A program made the position numbers and the translations under genes. Positions 1 through 13,700 of a DNA stretch of 64,000 nucleotides are shown piece by piece. Positions within the stretch are counted from its first letter, which is position 1. Every line of letters begins with the position of its first letter. This DNA is from Paragordius varius (Eukaryota; Animalia; Nematomorpha), in NCBI GenBank assembly GCA_964247055.1, contig OZ176052.1:2666001-2730000 (forward strand), given 5' to 3'. Below the pieces are notes generated by a model. It saw only the letters and a list, made by a program, of their open reading frames with translations. It had not been told where the DNA came from and ran no database searches.

Positions 1-139
1 ATGATTTGAGAATCAAATTCGCATTTTGCTCAGTGTTAAATTTAGTCGTAACATATTTTATATAACCTTAAAATCTATAACACCCTAATTTGTAATTAAA
101 TACAAATTTAAAGCTTTTTAGACACCCAAAAAAATACAT

Positions 140-1096
140 TTAGGCAGGAATCAAAGATGCTTGTACATCATTTACGTTCCTGGAAGTATCAACATACACA
201 TTTGGATAATTGGCGTTTAACGAACCAGGATTACCATGGGGTACTATACCGAATATAGAAGGTACCAAACTATACAGCTTTATAAGATCAAGGAAAATAA
301 AAATGACATTTTTCAAGGCGAAAGCTGTTACATGATAATGATGACGGATTTTAACCCAAATCCAAATTCTGAGTATGAGGTATGGTACATTTAACATAAA
401 TAGGTTAGATAATGTATGTATTAGCTCAATTAACAACAATGTTTTCCCGTGACGCATGCATAGTTCATTGGTTTGATGTAAAAGCAAGTTGAGATGCAAG
501 ATGGAGAAATAGGGAAAAATAAAATTGATGCAAGCTAATGTAATGATCCCTGTCCTAATTGATTGTGGTAAAAAATGATCAGGATCTTCAACATTAAACG
601 TTTCCCTTAAAAACAAAATGGATAGAATTAATGTGCTATCTAAAACGTTGAACGGTACAGTAAAAACTATTGAACGAATTTCACCGTTATAATCATCATT
701 TCTGGCAAATATGTTTCGAATGACCAAGAATATAAATATTAGTGCTGAAATTCCAATTATTAGTTTTAAAGCTGTGGTGCCAAAATATTGATCTTCGGTC
801 AATGACGGGGCAATCCATTTAAAAATAAAACCCAAACGTATCATTAAAAAAACTGAGTAGAAAAGCCAAAAGGTGACATCCCATGCAAATAAAATTTTGA
901 TCCAACAGTTTTGGGTGGATTTAAACAAACGATTAAATAAATACGTTGTAATTAAAACTATAATCAAAAATGTGTCCATCCATGAAAACAGAAAAAACTT
1001 TGTTTTCGAATACCGATAAATATAATAGTTTAATAAACTTCCCTGAACTATCGTTAATATGATAGCCAACAATAAAAAAATATAAAAAGATATCAT
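140..1096 (-). CDS. TMEM121: Intronless multi-pass membrane protein, TMEM121/CECR6 family
   Basis: 318-aa uninterrupted ORF with about 7 hydrophobic segments. The pattern W..WLFYS..L..R.GFIF...FG..ALKL.IG.SA.IF..LV, ..NVLDST.ILS.LF and L..L..N.PYL.LR.W.W resembles invertebrate TMEM121-family proteins (recognition from memory, not searched). Confidence 0.7.
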   Translation of the reverse strand: MISFYIFLLLAIILTIVQGSLLNYYIYRYSKTKFFLFSWMDTFLIIVLITTYLFNRLFKSTQNCWIKILFAWDVTFWLFYSVFLMIRLGFIFKWIAPSLTEDQYFGTTALKLIIGISALIFIFLVIRNIFARNDDYNGEIRSIVFTVPFNVLDSTLILSILFLRETFNVEDPDHFLPQSIRTGIITLACINFIFPYFSILHLNLLLHQTNELCMRHGKTLLLIELIHTLSNLFMLNVPYLILRIWIWVKIRHHYHVTAFALKNVIFIFLDLIKLYSLVPSIFGIVPHGNPGSLNANYPNVYVDTSRNVNDVQASLIPA

Positions 1097-1538
1097 CCTT
1101 TAAATATTTTTAAAATTATATTGATGCGACATATGAAAGGGGCTTTTTTTATTTCACTCATAAAAACTGATATTATACCATTTTTAATTTAAATTCACCT
1201 TATAAAGAAATAAATTGTGTTTTCAGTAACTCATAAATATGAAATATATCTCTATGGCTTGGTTTATCATTTTTTCATTATTGTATTACACTTCGATGTT
1301 AATTGGAGAATCTAAATATCCCAGGCTACATTTTAAATGATATTTTTAATAAACTACAAAAAACTCCAATTTAGATTTATGCTTCCTAATAAATATTATA
1401 TAAATAAGCCCAATATTCAAATAAAATTCAATTTTAAAATTTTTTTATATCAAACCACTTCGATGCCATTTTTATTTTAAAACATTTTTGCAAATTATTG
1501 TGTTGAGTTTAAAAAAATCAAAGCTAGTTTTTATTTAA

Positions 1539-2100
1539 CACTTGGATACAACACATTCATTTTAATCCTCCGATTCAAATTGGGGTTGGATACCCCAGGC
1601 CTATTTAAAATTAAATTCTTTAAAAAATATGAAAGGAATCGAAACCATGGCAGAATTTTGCACTTATATGACATTAATAAAGCGAAATATACAAAAAAAT
1701 TCAAATACTTGATATTACATATTTTAGGCTAAAACCAAAAGGTAAAAATTTAGTTAACGTGACATGTGTGCAATGATAAATTGAAAATACGAAATAAACC
1801 GCTTATCCTATTTTTATCAATGTTAGATGTAATTTAAATATAAAATTAGCTTTAATGTTACCCTAAATTAGATGGAGATGATATTTTAAAATTTTGTAAA
1901 ATAAAAATGGCGGCGAAATAGTTTGATATGGAACTTTTTATTCAAAACAAAATTTTCTTTGGATATTTTGGCTAATTTATATAATTTTTATTAGGATAGA
2001 AGTATAAATTTAAATTGGAACGGTTTTCTTCAATAGTTTTTTAAAATATCTGTTTAAAATTAGCTTGGGCTATTTAGATGCCCCAATTTGAATCGAAGTG
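1539..2100 (+). mobile_element. TTAA-flanked non-autonomous element (piggyBac-like MITE), ~560 bp
   Basis: TTAA at 1535-1538 and 2101-2104; ends CACTTGGATACAACAC... and ...ATCGAAGTG. Related partial copies lie at ~1288-1530 and ~2290-2460, and full copies at 33120-36024. Confidence 0.6.
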
Positions 2101-3281
2101 TTAAATCACTAACATTGATAAAAACAGAAAAAGTGGTTATTATGTAAAAATTTAGCTAATGCCCACATTCAGGTTGATTACCTTTGGATTCTACCTTGAA
2201 ATAAGTAATATTAAGTATTTTTGAATAAATTTTTTATAATAATGTACATTAATGTTATATAAGGCCAAACATTTGCCATGCGATGATAGGCCTGGGGTAT
2301 CCAACTACCAATTCGAATCGAAGAATTGAAACATGTGTTGTATCCAATTCATTTTAGTCCTTCGAAAGCATAATATTAAATTGAAATTGTTTCTTTCACT
2401 TGTTATATAAAAAACTTAAATATTGTTGGATATTTAGATACCCCTAATCGGATCGAAGTGTCAAATTAACTTTCATTTTTATAAAGTAATATAGGTAAAT
2501 TTAATTTCAAAAAATACCTAAATTATTTTAGGGTCAATTATCCTTCAAAAATCAAAATATATAGTTTCCTAAATATGGGTATACTTAAAAAGAATTTGTT
2601 CCGAAAATTTTAGTGAAATTATGTACACTGCTGCACAAAAAATTGCCGGATAAAATATATATAATCTGATAGAGTCATGTATCAGGATCTTCAGGGTACT
2701 TTTAGTTTTGGCCCTTACCAATGATTTAAACGTTGTTTCCACTTTTGTGGTGAGTGGACGATATAAAAAAAATGGCAAAATTGCATATTTTTTTAGTTGA
2801 TTTATTTTGGTACTTGGTTAGGGGCTTCATTCCAAAAAATATATCTTACATATAAAAAGCAAAACAATATTTTTAAAAAATTTAATTTTTAGATGTGGGT
2901 AAGTCCTTAATTTTGTTCTTCTAAAATGAGCTAATCTACTTAAAATAAACACAAAAATGCAGGAGTTATGCGATAAAAATTATAAGCTAAATTTATATCA
3001 ACTAAAAATTTTTTTAAAAAAGCATACTTTTTTAACTTAAATTTTTACTCAAATTTGGTTGAAGCGTGCTTCAAACTATTTTTAACATGATGGAAACCGT
3101 ATAAAAACGCTTTAATACATTATAAAAACACTTTTTCTATGGAATTCGATGGCGCTAAACATGATTGAAATATTGGTTTGTCTTCAAATTAATGTGAAAT
3201 AAAAAGTTTTTTAAAAATGCATCAAAATGTTTGGCAACGAACATTTGAATTAAATTCTGAAGCGAAAGAAATGTATACTAT

Positions 3282-3520
3282 AATATATTGTGGAATTGCA
3301 AATAATAATGTTCATTGAAAATTTCGTGATATTTATACTTTTTAATTTTAACATGCATGTGCGTCACAATTGTAAGAATATTTTTATTCTATGAATATTA
3401 ATATGAGAATTCCACGAATAATGACGCACGAACATAAACGCCAAACGCGATTAATATAATAATAATATCATGTAAAATAAAAATACAATGATGCAATGTT
3501 GTAATATCAATTACATATTA
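3282..3520 (-). repeat. 3' LTR
   Basis: Direct repeat of 6692-6945; hand alignment gives about 17 substitutions and 4 indels. A purine tract AGAGGATGGATAGAA (PPT, minus strand 3521-3535) precedes it. Confidence 0.9.
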
Positions 3521-6057
3521 TTCTATCCATCCTCTAAAAAACGCTTAGGAGGTTTGCGGACTCGATCTGGATAACGCCTGGGAGCCTCACTCTGCTCACC
3601 ATCTGGATCGGCATATTTCCTCATCTCTTTCCCATCTTCATCCTTCACTTTGTACGATAACGGCCCCGTTCTTACTTTAACCGTTCCCGGTGGCCATCCT
3701 TTCGTTATCGAATTCTTTATGAATATTGGCTGTAAAGGTGTGAACTCTCTTAAGGGTATTGGTGGTGTACTTTCTTTAAGCGCTTCTTTATCTTGCAACC
3801 AAACGGTGTGTTGATGTTCCTCTTCAAAAACAACGATGCGGGAGTTGTCTTAATTTCATTATACCATGAGTTTCGATAGGCCAATAATACATTGTTTAAA
3901 GCCTCTTGACTCTTTACGCCAGTCATCATCGTAGAACATAATCTTGATTTCAACGCGTAAATCACTGTTTCCACCAAACCATTCGTCCTTGGTGATAGGG
4001 AGCATACGTCACATGATAAATATTCCAGTTTGTCATCTTTTCCCGAAAATTAAACGATATGAAATAAGTATCATTATCAGATAGAAAACCATAAGAGGAA
4101 AACCATTTTTTCAATCGTTGCAAAATCACATCAGATGTAATACTGCTAAGTATCTCCACCTCCACCCATCTTGAGAACGCGCCAATTAAAACCAACCATT
4201 ATTTAACACACATGGGACCCGCGATGTCCACATAAAGTCTTTCCCATATTCCTACATTGAAGTTCCATATATATACCGGATTCACAGCAATGTTCGCCCT
4301 GTTCCTCTGACAACACTGACAGCCGTGTACTAACTTTTGATTGTCCTTATCCATTCCGGGCCAAAACACCAACGACTTCGCTGTGTTTTTCATTGCAACG
4401 ATCCCCGGATGTCCAACACTAAACCAAGCCAAAATTCGTTTTCGCGCAGTTGTTGGGATAACTAACCGATCACCAACATATAAAAAACATCAGCTTGTTT
4501 GAGATCATTTCTCACGGCTTTGAATGTGGCTAATTTCGATGTTGACTTATCATTATTTAAATGCCATACGTCGTTTAAACAGTTTATTCTCCAAACAATC
4601 TTATTTGGGTTTTATTTATTTAAATCCATTCCTTTTTGGATCCTGTTAGTGCATGTAGATTACTAACTTTGACATGTAAGCCAGGAATAAAACGTTCATA
4701 AAAATTGAGCAATCCCAAAAACGATCTTAACTCAGTTTTATTGGTAGGTGTCGCACATTTCGTAATGGCGTCAATTTTATATGGTACAGGACGAATTCCT
4801 TGTTTTGATAGCTCAAAACCCAGGAATTTAATATTGTCCTGATAAAGTTTCAGTTTATCTTTCCTTAACGTAAAACCGAATTTTTACCTTGTTAGGGTCT
4901 TGTTAAGGTTTCTATCATGTTCATCTTTCGTATTACCAACAATCAATAGATCGTCCAGGTAAGCCATTGTGCCCCTACAATCTTTGAGTACCTCATCCAT
5001 TATTCTCTGGAAAAACATGGGGATACCTTCAATCCAAATGGTAGACGATTAAAATGAAAATATCCCATCAGGGTAGTAATTACCAAATATTTTTTGCTCT
5101 CCTCATCCATCGGATTGAAGGTAAGCGTCCTTTAAATCAATGGACGAGAACCATGTGGATCCCGCACATTTGGACGCGATCGTGTCAAATGTCGGGATAA
5201 AATATGTTCTCCATCAAAGAATTAATTGTAACCAGGAAATCAGCGCACATTCTAATTTCCCCATTAGTTTTCACGACGTTAACCGTGGGAGTCGCCCATT
5301 CCACATGGTGTTGTCTAGGATCAACGGGACTCACTGTCCCCAGGTCCATCAGTCTCTGCATTTCCATCTCTACTTTACTCTGTAGTGCCAATGGAATTCG
5401 CCGTGGAGCGCAGACTTTTGGTATTGCATCTGATCGAACATACAATTTAACAGGATCACCGTTGTAACAACCCAATTCCCCGTTAAAGACTTTTGGAAAC
5501 CGCTTGAATACATCATCATGATCATCATTATTATTAGATGTTATTTGATTAACTTTCACGTTATCCGGTAAGATCATACCACAACCAATGATCCAAGGCA
5601 GCCCAAATATCGGAGATAGCTCTTCTTCCGTCACAAAACATTCTAATTTCTTAGTAATGTTTCCCATTGTTACATTGATAACTTTTTTCCCAAGAGCTTG
5701 ATTGGGTTGTTTCCGTAGGAAGTTAATCTGGGAGCACATTTTAGCAACGGTGCTACCACCGCTTCCAGACATTATTATATCAGAAAAGCAGCAGCTCCAG
5801 TATCAAAAACCATACTGACAGCTTGGCCATTAATCGTAGCGCAAATGTTCGCTTGTGTGCCTCATTTATTATAATTAGCGTTTATATTATCACTATATCG
5901 TTTTTTATGGTGACACATTGCCTAAACTTGATTTTTTTATTAATATTGTGGCATATTTTTCCTAACGCGGGACATTGTTTTGGTATATGCGATTTACCAC
6001 ATTTGCCACATCTCCGCTTCCATTTATTATTATTATTGCCATCAGTTTTTATGTTCC

Positions 6058-6058
6058 A

Positions 6059-6089
<31 letters not shown>

Positions 6090-6101
6090 ATTATTATTAT
6101 C
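6058..6101. repeat. (ATT)n microsatellite inside gag (poly-Asn tract on the coding strand)
   Basis: tattattattatt... run; it explains the poly-I, poly-Y and poly-N ORFs in the track. Confidence 0.9.
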
Positions 6102-6671
6102 ATTCGACCGATTCTTTTAAATTTATAGGATACTGCTTGACGACACATGGGAAGCAATATCGGCCCTTGCAAGTTCCTGAGCCAAGGCCATGTCGACAAT
6201 GGTGGTTAATGACACCGCCTTCCCATCACATCGCATCAGGGAATCGGGAATAAAGATCCACTTCCAATGATTGAATGTTTAATCCAGCCACAAAACTGTC
6301 TCTAATTCTCTCCTCCACCTCTGTTTGAAAAGCCTTTTCTGCCACACTCTTGATTCTTTGCAAAAATTCCGTGAATGTTTCTCCATCATTTCTCCGCAAA
6401 CGAGCAAACTCAAACCTTGCAGCGAAGACAGACTTGGGTGAGAAAAGTTTAGGACTAATGTCATGAATTATGGATCAAGGAGCATCATCAATATCTGGAA
6501 AAATCATTGTTTCGATCTTATTAATTGTTTTAAGACCAGCTTCAGCCAAAAACAGTACTTTGATATTATCATCATTAATATCAACATTTTTGGAGATCAT
6601 AACCCTTTTGACATATCTGATGTGGGTGGCAAAATCATAAGTGTCATCGTATCCTTCAATTGAAATTTTCT

Positions 6672-6686
6672 CCATCCTCGTCGCCA
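6672..6686 (-). other. Primer-binding site complementary to the tRNA-Ser(GCT) 3' end
   Basis: Minus strand TGGCGACGAGGATGG; the plus strand CCATCCTCGTCGCCA equals the conserved metazoan tRNA-Ser(GCT) 3' terminus including CCA. Confidence 0.8.
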
Positions 6687-6691
6687 AATAA

Positions 6692-6945
6692 AATATATTG
6701 TCGAATTACAAATAGTAATGTTAATTTATTAAAATTTCATGATATTTATACTTTTTAGTTATAATTTTAACATGCATGTGCGTCACAATTGTAAGAATAT
6801 GTGTTTTATTCTACGAATATTTATATGAGAATTCCACGAAAAAGGACGCACGAACATAAATGCCAAACGCGATTAATATAATAATAATAATATCATGTAA
6901 GATGAAAAAACAACGATGCAATGTTGTAATATCAACTACATATCA
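6692..6945 (-). repeat. 5' LTR
   Basis: Direct repeat of 3282-3520; begins TGATATGTAG on the minus strand and is followed by the PBS. The exact 3' boundary is uncertain by a few nt. Confidence 0.9.
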
Positions 6946-7592
6946 TTTAGCTTATCGAATTATATAGAAAAGTGTTTTTATACTATCTTAAACCATTTCG
7001 ATTATAATTCAAAATAGTAGTAATTAACAAAATTTGGCTAAGAATTAAATTTTTGAAAAAAAAATTTAGTTGATATCAAAATTTTGTATATGTTTAATTT
7101 TTTATTCCCGGCATTTTTGTGTTTATTTTGAGAGAACTAGCCCATTTTAGAAGAACCTAAAAATTTGAAATTTTTGGAGCCCATATCTAAAAATTAATTA
7201 TTGTTTTGCTTTTTATATGTAATTTATATTATATTTTAATAATATTTTTTGGTACGAAGCCTTTAGCTTTCATCAAAAAAAAATTCTTTAAATATATATC
7301 CGTAAATTTTGTGATTTTCTCATATGGTCCTTTTGCCATGAAAGCGTAAATTACTTTAATAATCACTCGTTAGATACAAAACAAAATGCAATAGCTAATT
7401 GGTTACATTTTTAAAATTTAATTAAAAATAATGAAATATAGTTAAAAAAATTTGCCGAAAGTCCACATGCTAGAAAATCAGTAGTAAACCTTTTTTAATA
7501 AATTAAATATAGCCGAGGGTGACTGAGGCGTAATTACCCGGCCAGCCTGATGCGTGTGTTTTTAAATTGTATTAAAGATTAAAGGCGATTGA

Positions 7593-8299
7593 GACTTGTA
7601 CCTAGGGTTGTGCTGACCAAGTCATGATCCGGTCAATTGACCGGGTCATTACCAGGTCAGTGAATATTTATTTTTTGACCCTGGTCATTTAAAGAAACAG
7701 CTGTTTTTTGAAAACCGGTAAATTATTTTTGGAAGAGAGATAGTAAGATTTTATTGTTTTTATATTTAAAAAATATAAATTAAATATTTAAAAATGCTTA
7801 AATAACAATATATTAAAAATTGTTAAACATGCATCCTTATAACATTAGCACATATCTAGTTTCGAAAAACAAAACAATCAAGCACTTTGCAAAATATGCA
7901 ATTATTCCTTATATGTGAACCAATAAAATGAATAAACATTTAGTTGGATATTTCAATGATGAAAGAAAGTTTCAACAAACTAGGTAAAATTTGTTTTAAA
8001 TATCCAGCATTAAAATCTATGTATTTGAAGATTCAGAATGCCTTAAACATGTGCAAAATTTATCTAAATACAAAATTCTTGATTAAACTCGATTGTAAAT
8101 ATTTGTAAATAATAAATTACAACTTTTAAGAAAAAACATGACATTATTTTAGTGAAACGCAAGTGTCGTTCGAACATTATTTTCAAAATTCAATATCGCA
8201 TGATTACTTAGGTAAAAAGTGATCATGACCGTGGTCATGACAATGGTCTACTGGGTCAGACCGGAATTTTTTGAAAAAGCAGTCGAATGCACAACACTT
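7593..8299. mobile_element. hAT-type MITE, 707 bp, 8-bp TSD CTTGTACC
   Basis: TSD at 7585-7592 and 8300-8307; imperfect TIRs TAGGGTTGTGC / GCACAACACTT; TGACC/GGTCA subterminal repeats at both ends. Confidence 0.85.
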
Positions 8300-8801
8300 C
8301 TTGTACCCACTCAAAATTAGTATTTGAATTTATTCTTTTACAAAGGCTCGCTTTTTTGAATTTGTCAATCTGCTTAGCATCACCTATATCAAAGGATTTT
8401 TATTTCGGTTTCCAGCGGTGATATATTTTTAAATCTGCCTCTTAGTTCACCGTTTCCCCCTGAAAATTGGGTTATGCACAAATTTCGAAGCTATTTTTCT
8501 AAAAAAACGATTTAGCTCATTTTAATTAAAAGGTGTAATTTTTGTCTTTCGCTATATTTTTCCTTATAAAAACATAATGGTAAACATAAAAAACACGTCA
8601 CTAATAATGGTGTCAATTAAGCATCGAAACGTAGGACGAGTTTTCGTTGCTGGGTTTTTATAAATTGAAGATATTATTGATATAATAAAATATATTTATT
8701 AAATCTTCAAAACAAATATAGCCTTTTTGTCCTTCGATTCAAATTAAGATATATGATGAACCATGCCTGTTCGAAAAAACTATTATAAATGAAATAAGAT
8801 A

Positions 8802-10281
8802 TTAGACTTAATCTCGTGCTGCTACGCAGCCCTAGTAAGTCCTTCGGACTTCTGGGGGAGCTATTTGAAAAAAGGGATCAATAAAATGATCCATATATGT
8901 GGATTATTTCGAAACATTATTTAATAGCTATGATCTCATTGGATTTTCTAAACGGTGCATTCATGCTTATATATTGTTTACTGGTGTAAAGGCCCCAAAA
9001 TGACGGCTAACGGAAAAAACCGCCATACTATAATGTTTACCCTTTTATGTATTATTTAAAGCCTTTATTGAACTCATATGGCTTAAGTCTTTTGAAAATT
9101 AGCTCCAAAGCCACGCCATTTTTGTATGGCGTCTCAGTTTGGTAGACCCCTACCCACAGACCTATATGTAAAAAGCGCTACGTTAAATTTTTTACCTTAA
9201 TAGGGAAAATATTTGGAATCATCTTTGAGACCAATGTCTCATGGGTTATTCGAAATAATACCTCAACACTAAATGATGGTTATATGATGGCGTATTTTTA
9301 GGGCATAAAAGCCCCAAATTAACGGCTAATTAAAAAGGGCCTGACCTTAATTTTTACCTAGTTACGGGTACTATTTCGAACTTTAAATGAATTCTTATGA
9401 CATAGGTTTTCTTTAAATTAGTTCCAAAACAACGCAATTTCGATTTAGTGGCCCAGTTTTTGGCGGGTAGCTTCTTACCCAGAGGCTGATACAAAAAAGC
9501 ACTTGATTAAAATTTTTGCCTATTTACGGAGAATACCCGGAATCATGATTGATTCCATATGCTCTCTGTTTTTAGGAAAATTGCCTCAAAATTAAAAAAT
9601 CGTTTTATGGTGGCGCATTTCTCAGCGCGTGAAGGGCCTAATTAACGCCTAATTTTAAAAACCGCACGATCTAAATTTTACCCTTGTTGCGGGTAATACT
9701 TTAAGCAGCTATTGAACTCATATGACCTGATAGGTTTTCTGAAATTTAGCCCCAAAAGCACGCTATTTTGATATGACGGATCAGTTTTTAGCGGGTAGCT
9801 CCTTACCCAGCAGCCATCATCAAAGAAACGCTTGACTAAAGTTTTTGCCTTTTAACAGGGAGTACCTGGAATCCTTACCTTTGCGGACTCATACCTTGGG
9901 CGAAAAATAGATTCAAAAAATTATTTTTGATTAATTTTTTGAAAAAATGGCATTTTACGGGAGGATCGGGAAAAAAGAGGGCCTAAATTAAAAAAGCGAG
10001 CTGACTATGTTCGGCGCAATCGAAAATAAGTTAAAAAAACATATTTGAAATCGAATGGTACGTTTTCGGGAAAATTGTCTCAAAGACACGTGTGGACTTC
10101 TGTTTTCAAAAAAAACCGTTTTTTACACGGGTGGGCCCGAACTGGGGGCCAAATTTAAAAAAAAGATCGAAGCTATTGTCGGGGCATTCATTAATGATTA
10201 TATTTTTTCGATATTTGGCTACCGGTTTTCCCGAAACAGATCACAAAAAGCCACCACTTTCCATTTTTAATAATATATAGA
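8802..10281 (-). mobile_element. Non-autonomous Helitron, ~1.48 kb
   Basis: Minus strand A|TCTATATAT... at the 5' end and ...CTAA|T at the 3' end, preceded by GC-rich hairpins (AAGTCC-GAA-GGACTT; GCTGC-GTA-GCAGC). It contains three diverged ~320-bp internal repeats (~8990-9900). A second copy is at 45420-46463. Confidence 0.75.
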
Positions 10282-10758
10282 TTTAGTGTTAAATTATATT
10301 GACCTTTATAGTATTATTCTAAAATATAATTAATAATATAAAAGGGTTTAATACAACTGAAAATACTTTTTTTGGCGCGAAAATCATATAATTTTCATAT
10401 ATACAAAAACATATTTAGAAGCTTATTTGATTTAGATAGTTTTATGTAATCATTTTTAAGGTGCTGCGGTAATCAACTACCTTAATTTTGTCGAGATAAT
10501 ACACATATATAATTAGTGTATAAAATTTTTTTAATGATTATTCATTTGAACCTTACGGGTCATAAGTAGCTTGTTTCCAATATGGTAATCCATATCGAAA
10601 AATTGAAAATTTAGCGGATACAATTATAATAATTTTTTGGTAATAAATACTTCATTCCAATAAATTTTGTTACTATATATTTTTACAAAACAATACGATG
10701 CAATGTGATTTATTGAATATGTAGAAAATCAATTTAACATCATAATAAATTTGTTAAA

Positions 10759-13700
10759 TTAAGGACTGTAAAATATGGGATTATAATCAGTTTCAACAAA
10801 AACTTTAATGACAGAATTTGCATCGCATACGAAATTGTTTTGGTGTGCCTCACATTGTTTAGAGAAAAATATGGTCACCTCTTCAATGTTATACATCTCA
10901 GGGTTAATCCATGTGGTATTTATTTCTAGGTGATATATTTTTTTTCAAAAAAAATTATATATTATTATATTTATACCAAATTTACAATGAAAATAATTTG
11001 ATGCCAGTCATAAAATAATAATAATAATTATAGATATGGTAGCTTTTGAAGGCAATCAATTAATTGATTGAATAATATTAAAAGTATGTTTTTAAGCAAA
11101 ATTTGATTGCAAAATTTTATAAATTAAATTTATTTTTCACTAAAATCATATGATATTTCTCAAAGTTTTTGTATTATTGTTTTCAAAAGCCATCGTCAGG
11201 GTCATTAATGACGTAATTTCATAGCCGGCCAGAACTAACCTATTAAAGGTGTGCCCTATGTGTTAAATCAGTGCGAAAACAAATATAAATCTTAGACACC
11301 ATTATTATTATCAAGCTAACTTCTATTTCGAAAATTTTTTGACTAATAAGGCCATATTTCCACATTTGGCCAAAATCAGAAAATGGCGTTCTCGGGTGAT
11401 GATATTTCGTGCTAAAAAATTTTTCATTTTACAATAACAACAATAAAATTGAGCTGACCATTTTTTATGCAAATATTATTCTATACAATCTGCTTCATGC
11501 GGTTTTCTGATTTGGAACAGATATGAAATATGGCCATCTAGGGAAAATATATTAAGGTTTTTATTATGTATACCATTTCCCAGTCTAAATAAACGTTTTC
11601 CCAGTCAATCGAAACATTTTCCCAGTCAATCGAAACGTTTTCCCATTCAATAAAAACGGTTTTATTTTTGATGATAAATACACTTTTAACCATTATCAGC
11701 GTAATATTAGTATATTATTTTTTTATAAAAACACAATTATTGAATGACAATTTTCCAAATATATTCCAGTGCACAATCATTAATGACTTATTCTTTAAAA
11801 AATATATTTTTGGAATTTGAGATGTTTTTAAGATAATATTTTTCATTTTATTAATGGTTCGCATTTTTTGCTGCTAACTTACAAAATCTATATACGGATG
11901 AAATATTAAAAAAAAATAATATACCATTTTTATCTCAGAGGTCATTTAACACTTCATATTGGATCTTAAACACCCTAATTTTAATATATTTTTATTGGTT
12001 CATCGGGTGCAACGCGGCCTGCCGAGTTTCTTCGTGCGGCCCGCGAAAAATTTGGAAATCCATATGCAAAAATATGCCCACAAAATCTTACTAATATTCC
12101 ATATCTTACGCAATTATTATGAATGAGTCTATTAAATTGGTAACAAATTAAAAAAAATGTTATATTTTTGTATTTTACATATGTCTAATAAATTATTAAT
12201 GAATTATATCAAATGCGGAAGGCCGTGCTTTTTGAGTAATGTGGCCCGAGAAGCCATTTGGTTAGGCACCCCTGTTTTAGTCAAATATATTTTTATTAAA
12301 TATTTTTAAATCAAAAACATTTTTATCGAAAAAAAATTTTGTTTAGATATTTTTTCCGACAGTATTTTTATGGAAAAACTTGAAATGTTTAAATATTGTT
12401 TTGAAGTGTTGGGCAAATATTAAGGCGAACCATTAATAAAATAAAAAATATTATCTTAAAAACATCTCAAATTCCAAAAATATAATTTTTAAGAATAAGT
12501 CATTAATGATTGTGCACTGGAATATATTAGGAAAATTTTCATTCAATAATTGTGTTTTTATAAAAAAATAATATCCTAATATTACGCTGATAATGGTTAA
12601 AAGTATATTTATCATCAAAAATAAAACCGTTTTTATTGACTGGGAAAACGTTTTTATTGATTGGGAAAATGTTTTTATTGACTGGGAAAATGTTTTGATT
12701 GACTGGGAAAACGTTTCGATTGACTGGGAAAATGATTCGATTGACTGGGAAAACGTTTCGATTGACTGGGAAAATGTTTCGATTGACTGGGAAAACGTTT
12801 ATTTAGACTGGGAAATGGTATATATAAAGATTTTAAAGCATGGTACGAGTGTTAAAAATTCACATCTAAATTATACTGTGTTAATTGCAAGTCTTTATCA
12901 TTTATAGTTGGGAGAACATTTAATTCAATTTAAAATATACCATTTCCCGGTCAATCGCAACGTTTTCCCAGTCAATCGAAACATTTTCCCAGTCAATAAA
13001 AACATTTTTCCAATCAATAAAAACGTTTTCCCAGTCAATAAAAACGGTTGTATTTTTGATGATAAATATCAAAAAAAGAATAAACAACTTTTAACCATTA
13101 AGAGCGTAATATATGGAGATTATTTTTAATTAAAAACACAATTATTAAATGACAATTTTTTCAATTATCAGTGCACAATCATTGATGACTTATTCCTTAA
13201 AAGTTATATTTTTTGAAATTTGAGATATTTTTAAGATAATATTTTTTATTTTATCGATGGTTCGCATTAATATTTGCGGAACGCCTCACAATAGTTTCTA
13301 AATATGTCAAGTTTGTCGATTACTGTCGGAAAAAATATCTAAACGAAAATTTTTTTGATAAAAATGTTTTTGATTTAATAATAATTAATAAAAAGGATAT
13401 TTGACTGAAACAAGGGTGTTCATAAATGCCTTCGCGGGCCGCATTTTTAACTCAAAAAGCACACCGTTCGGCATTCGAAAATACGGGCATTCACATAATT
13501 TTTCGATTAATAAGACTGTAAAATACAAACACAATATAACATTTTTTTAATTCGTTACCAATTTAATAGACTCATTCATAATAATTGCGTAAGATATGGA
13601 ATATTACTAGGGCATATTTTTGCATATGGATTTCCAAGTTTTTCGCGGGCCACACAAAGATACTCGGAAGGCCGTTTTAGCCCCCCGATCAAATGATGAT

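Larger units (their letters stand above)
3282..6945 (-). mobile_element. Decayed Ty3/gypsy LTR retrotransposon (Mag-clade-like), ~3.66 kb, RNase H region missing
   Basis: Minus-strand order is gag (6475-6687; Zn knuckles CGKCGKSHIPKQC-x4-KICH), protease (MVFDTGA near 5790-5815), RT (WATPTVNVVKTNGEIRMCADF; YLDD at 4950-4961), integrase Zn-binding region (GHPGIVAMKNTAKSLVFWPGM), integrase core (YVDIAGP, SDNDTYF, PYH) and C-term (GPLSYKV). It has many stops and frameshifts and is flanked by direct LTRs. No TSD was recognisable. Confidence 0.93.
2820..7265. mobile_element. Long-inverted-repeat MITE split by the LTR retrotransposon (arms ~2820-3240 and ~6950-7265)
   Basis: 2821-3010 is the reverse complement of ~7050-7265 (shared blocks such as tacatataaaaagcaaaacaata, ttcttctaaaatg.gcta, aaaataaacacaaaaatgc). 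Related sequence occurs at ~34680-34900 and ~55290-55900. Superfamily not determined. Confidence 0.55.

Noticed and set aside
5140-6253. Plus-strand ORFs over the retrotransposon
   Set aside because: Antisense shadows of gag-pol and of the ATT microsatellite.
10055-10280. Similar ORF pairs at 10055-10280 and 46206-46488
   Set aside because: They lie in Helitron copies, with no Rep/helicase motifs or conserved start/stop.
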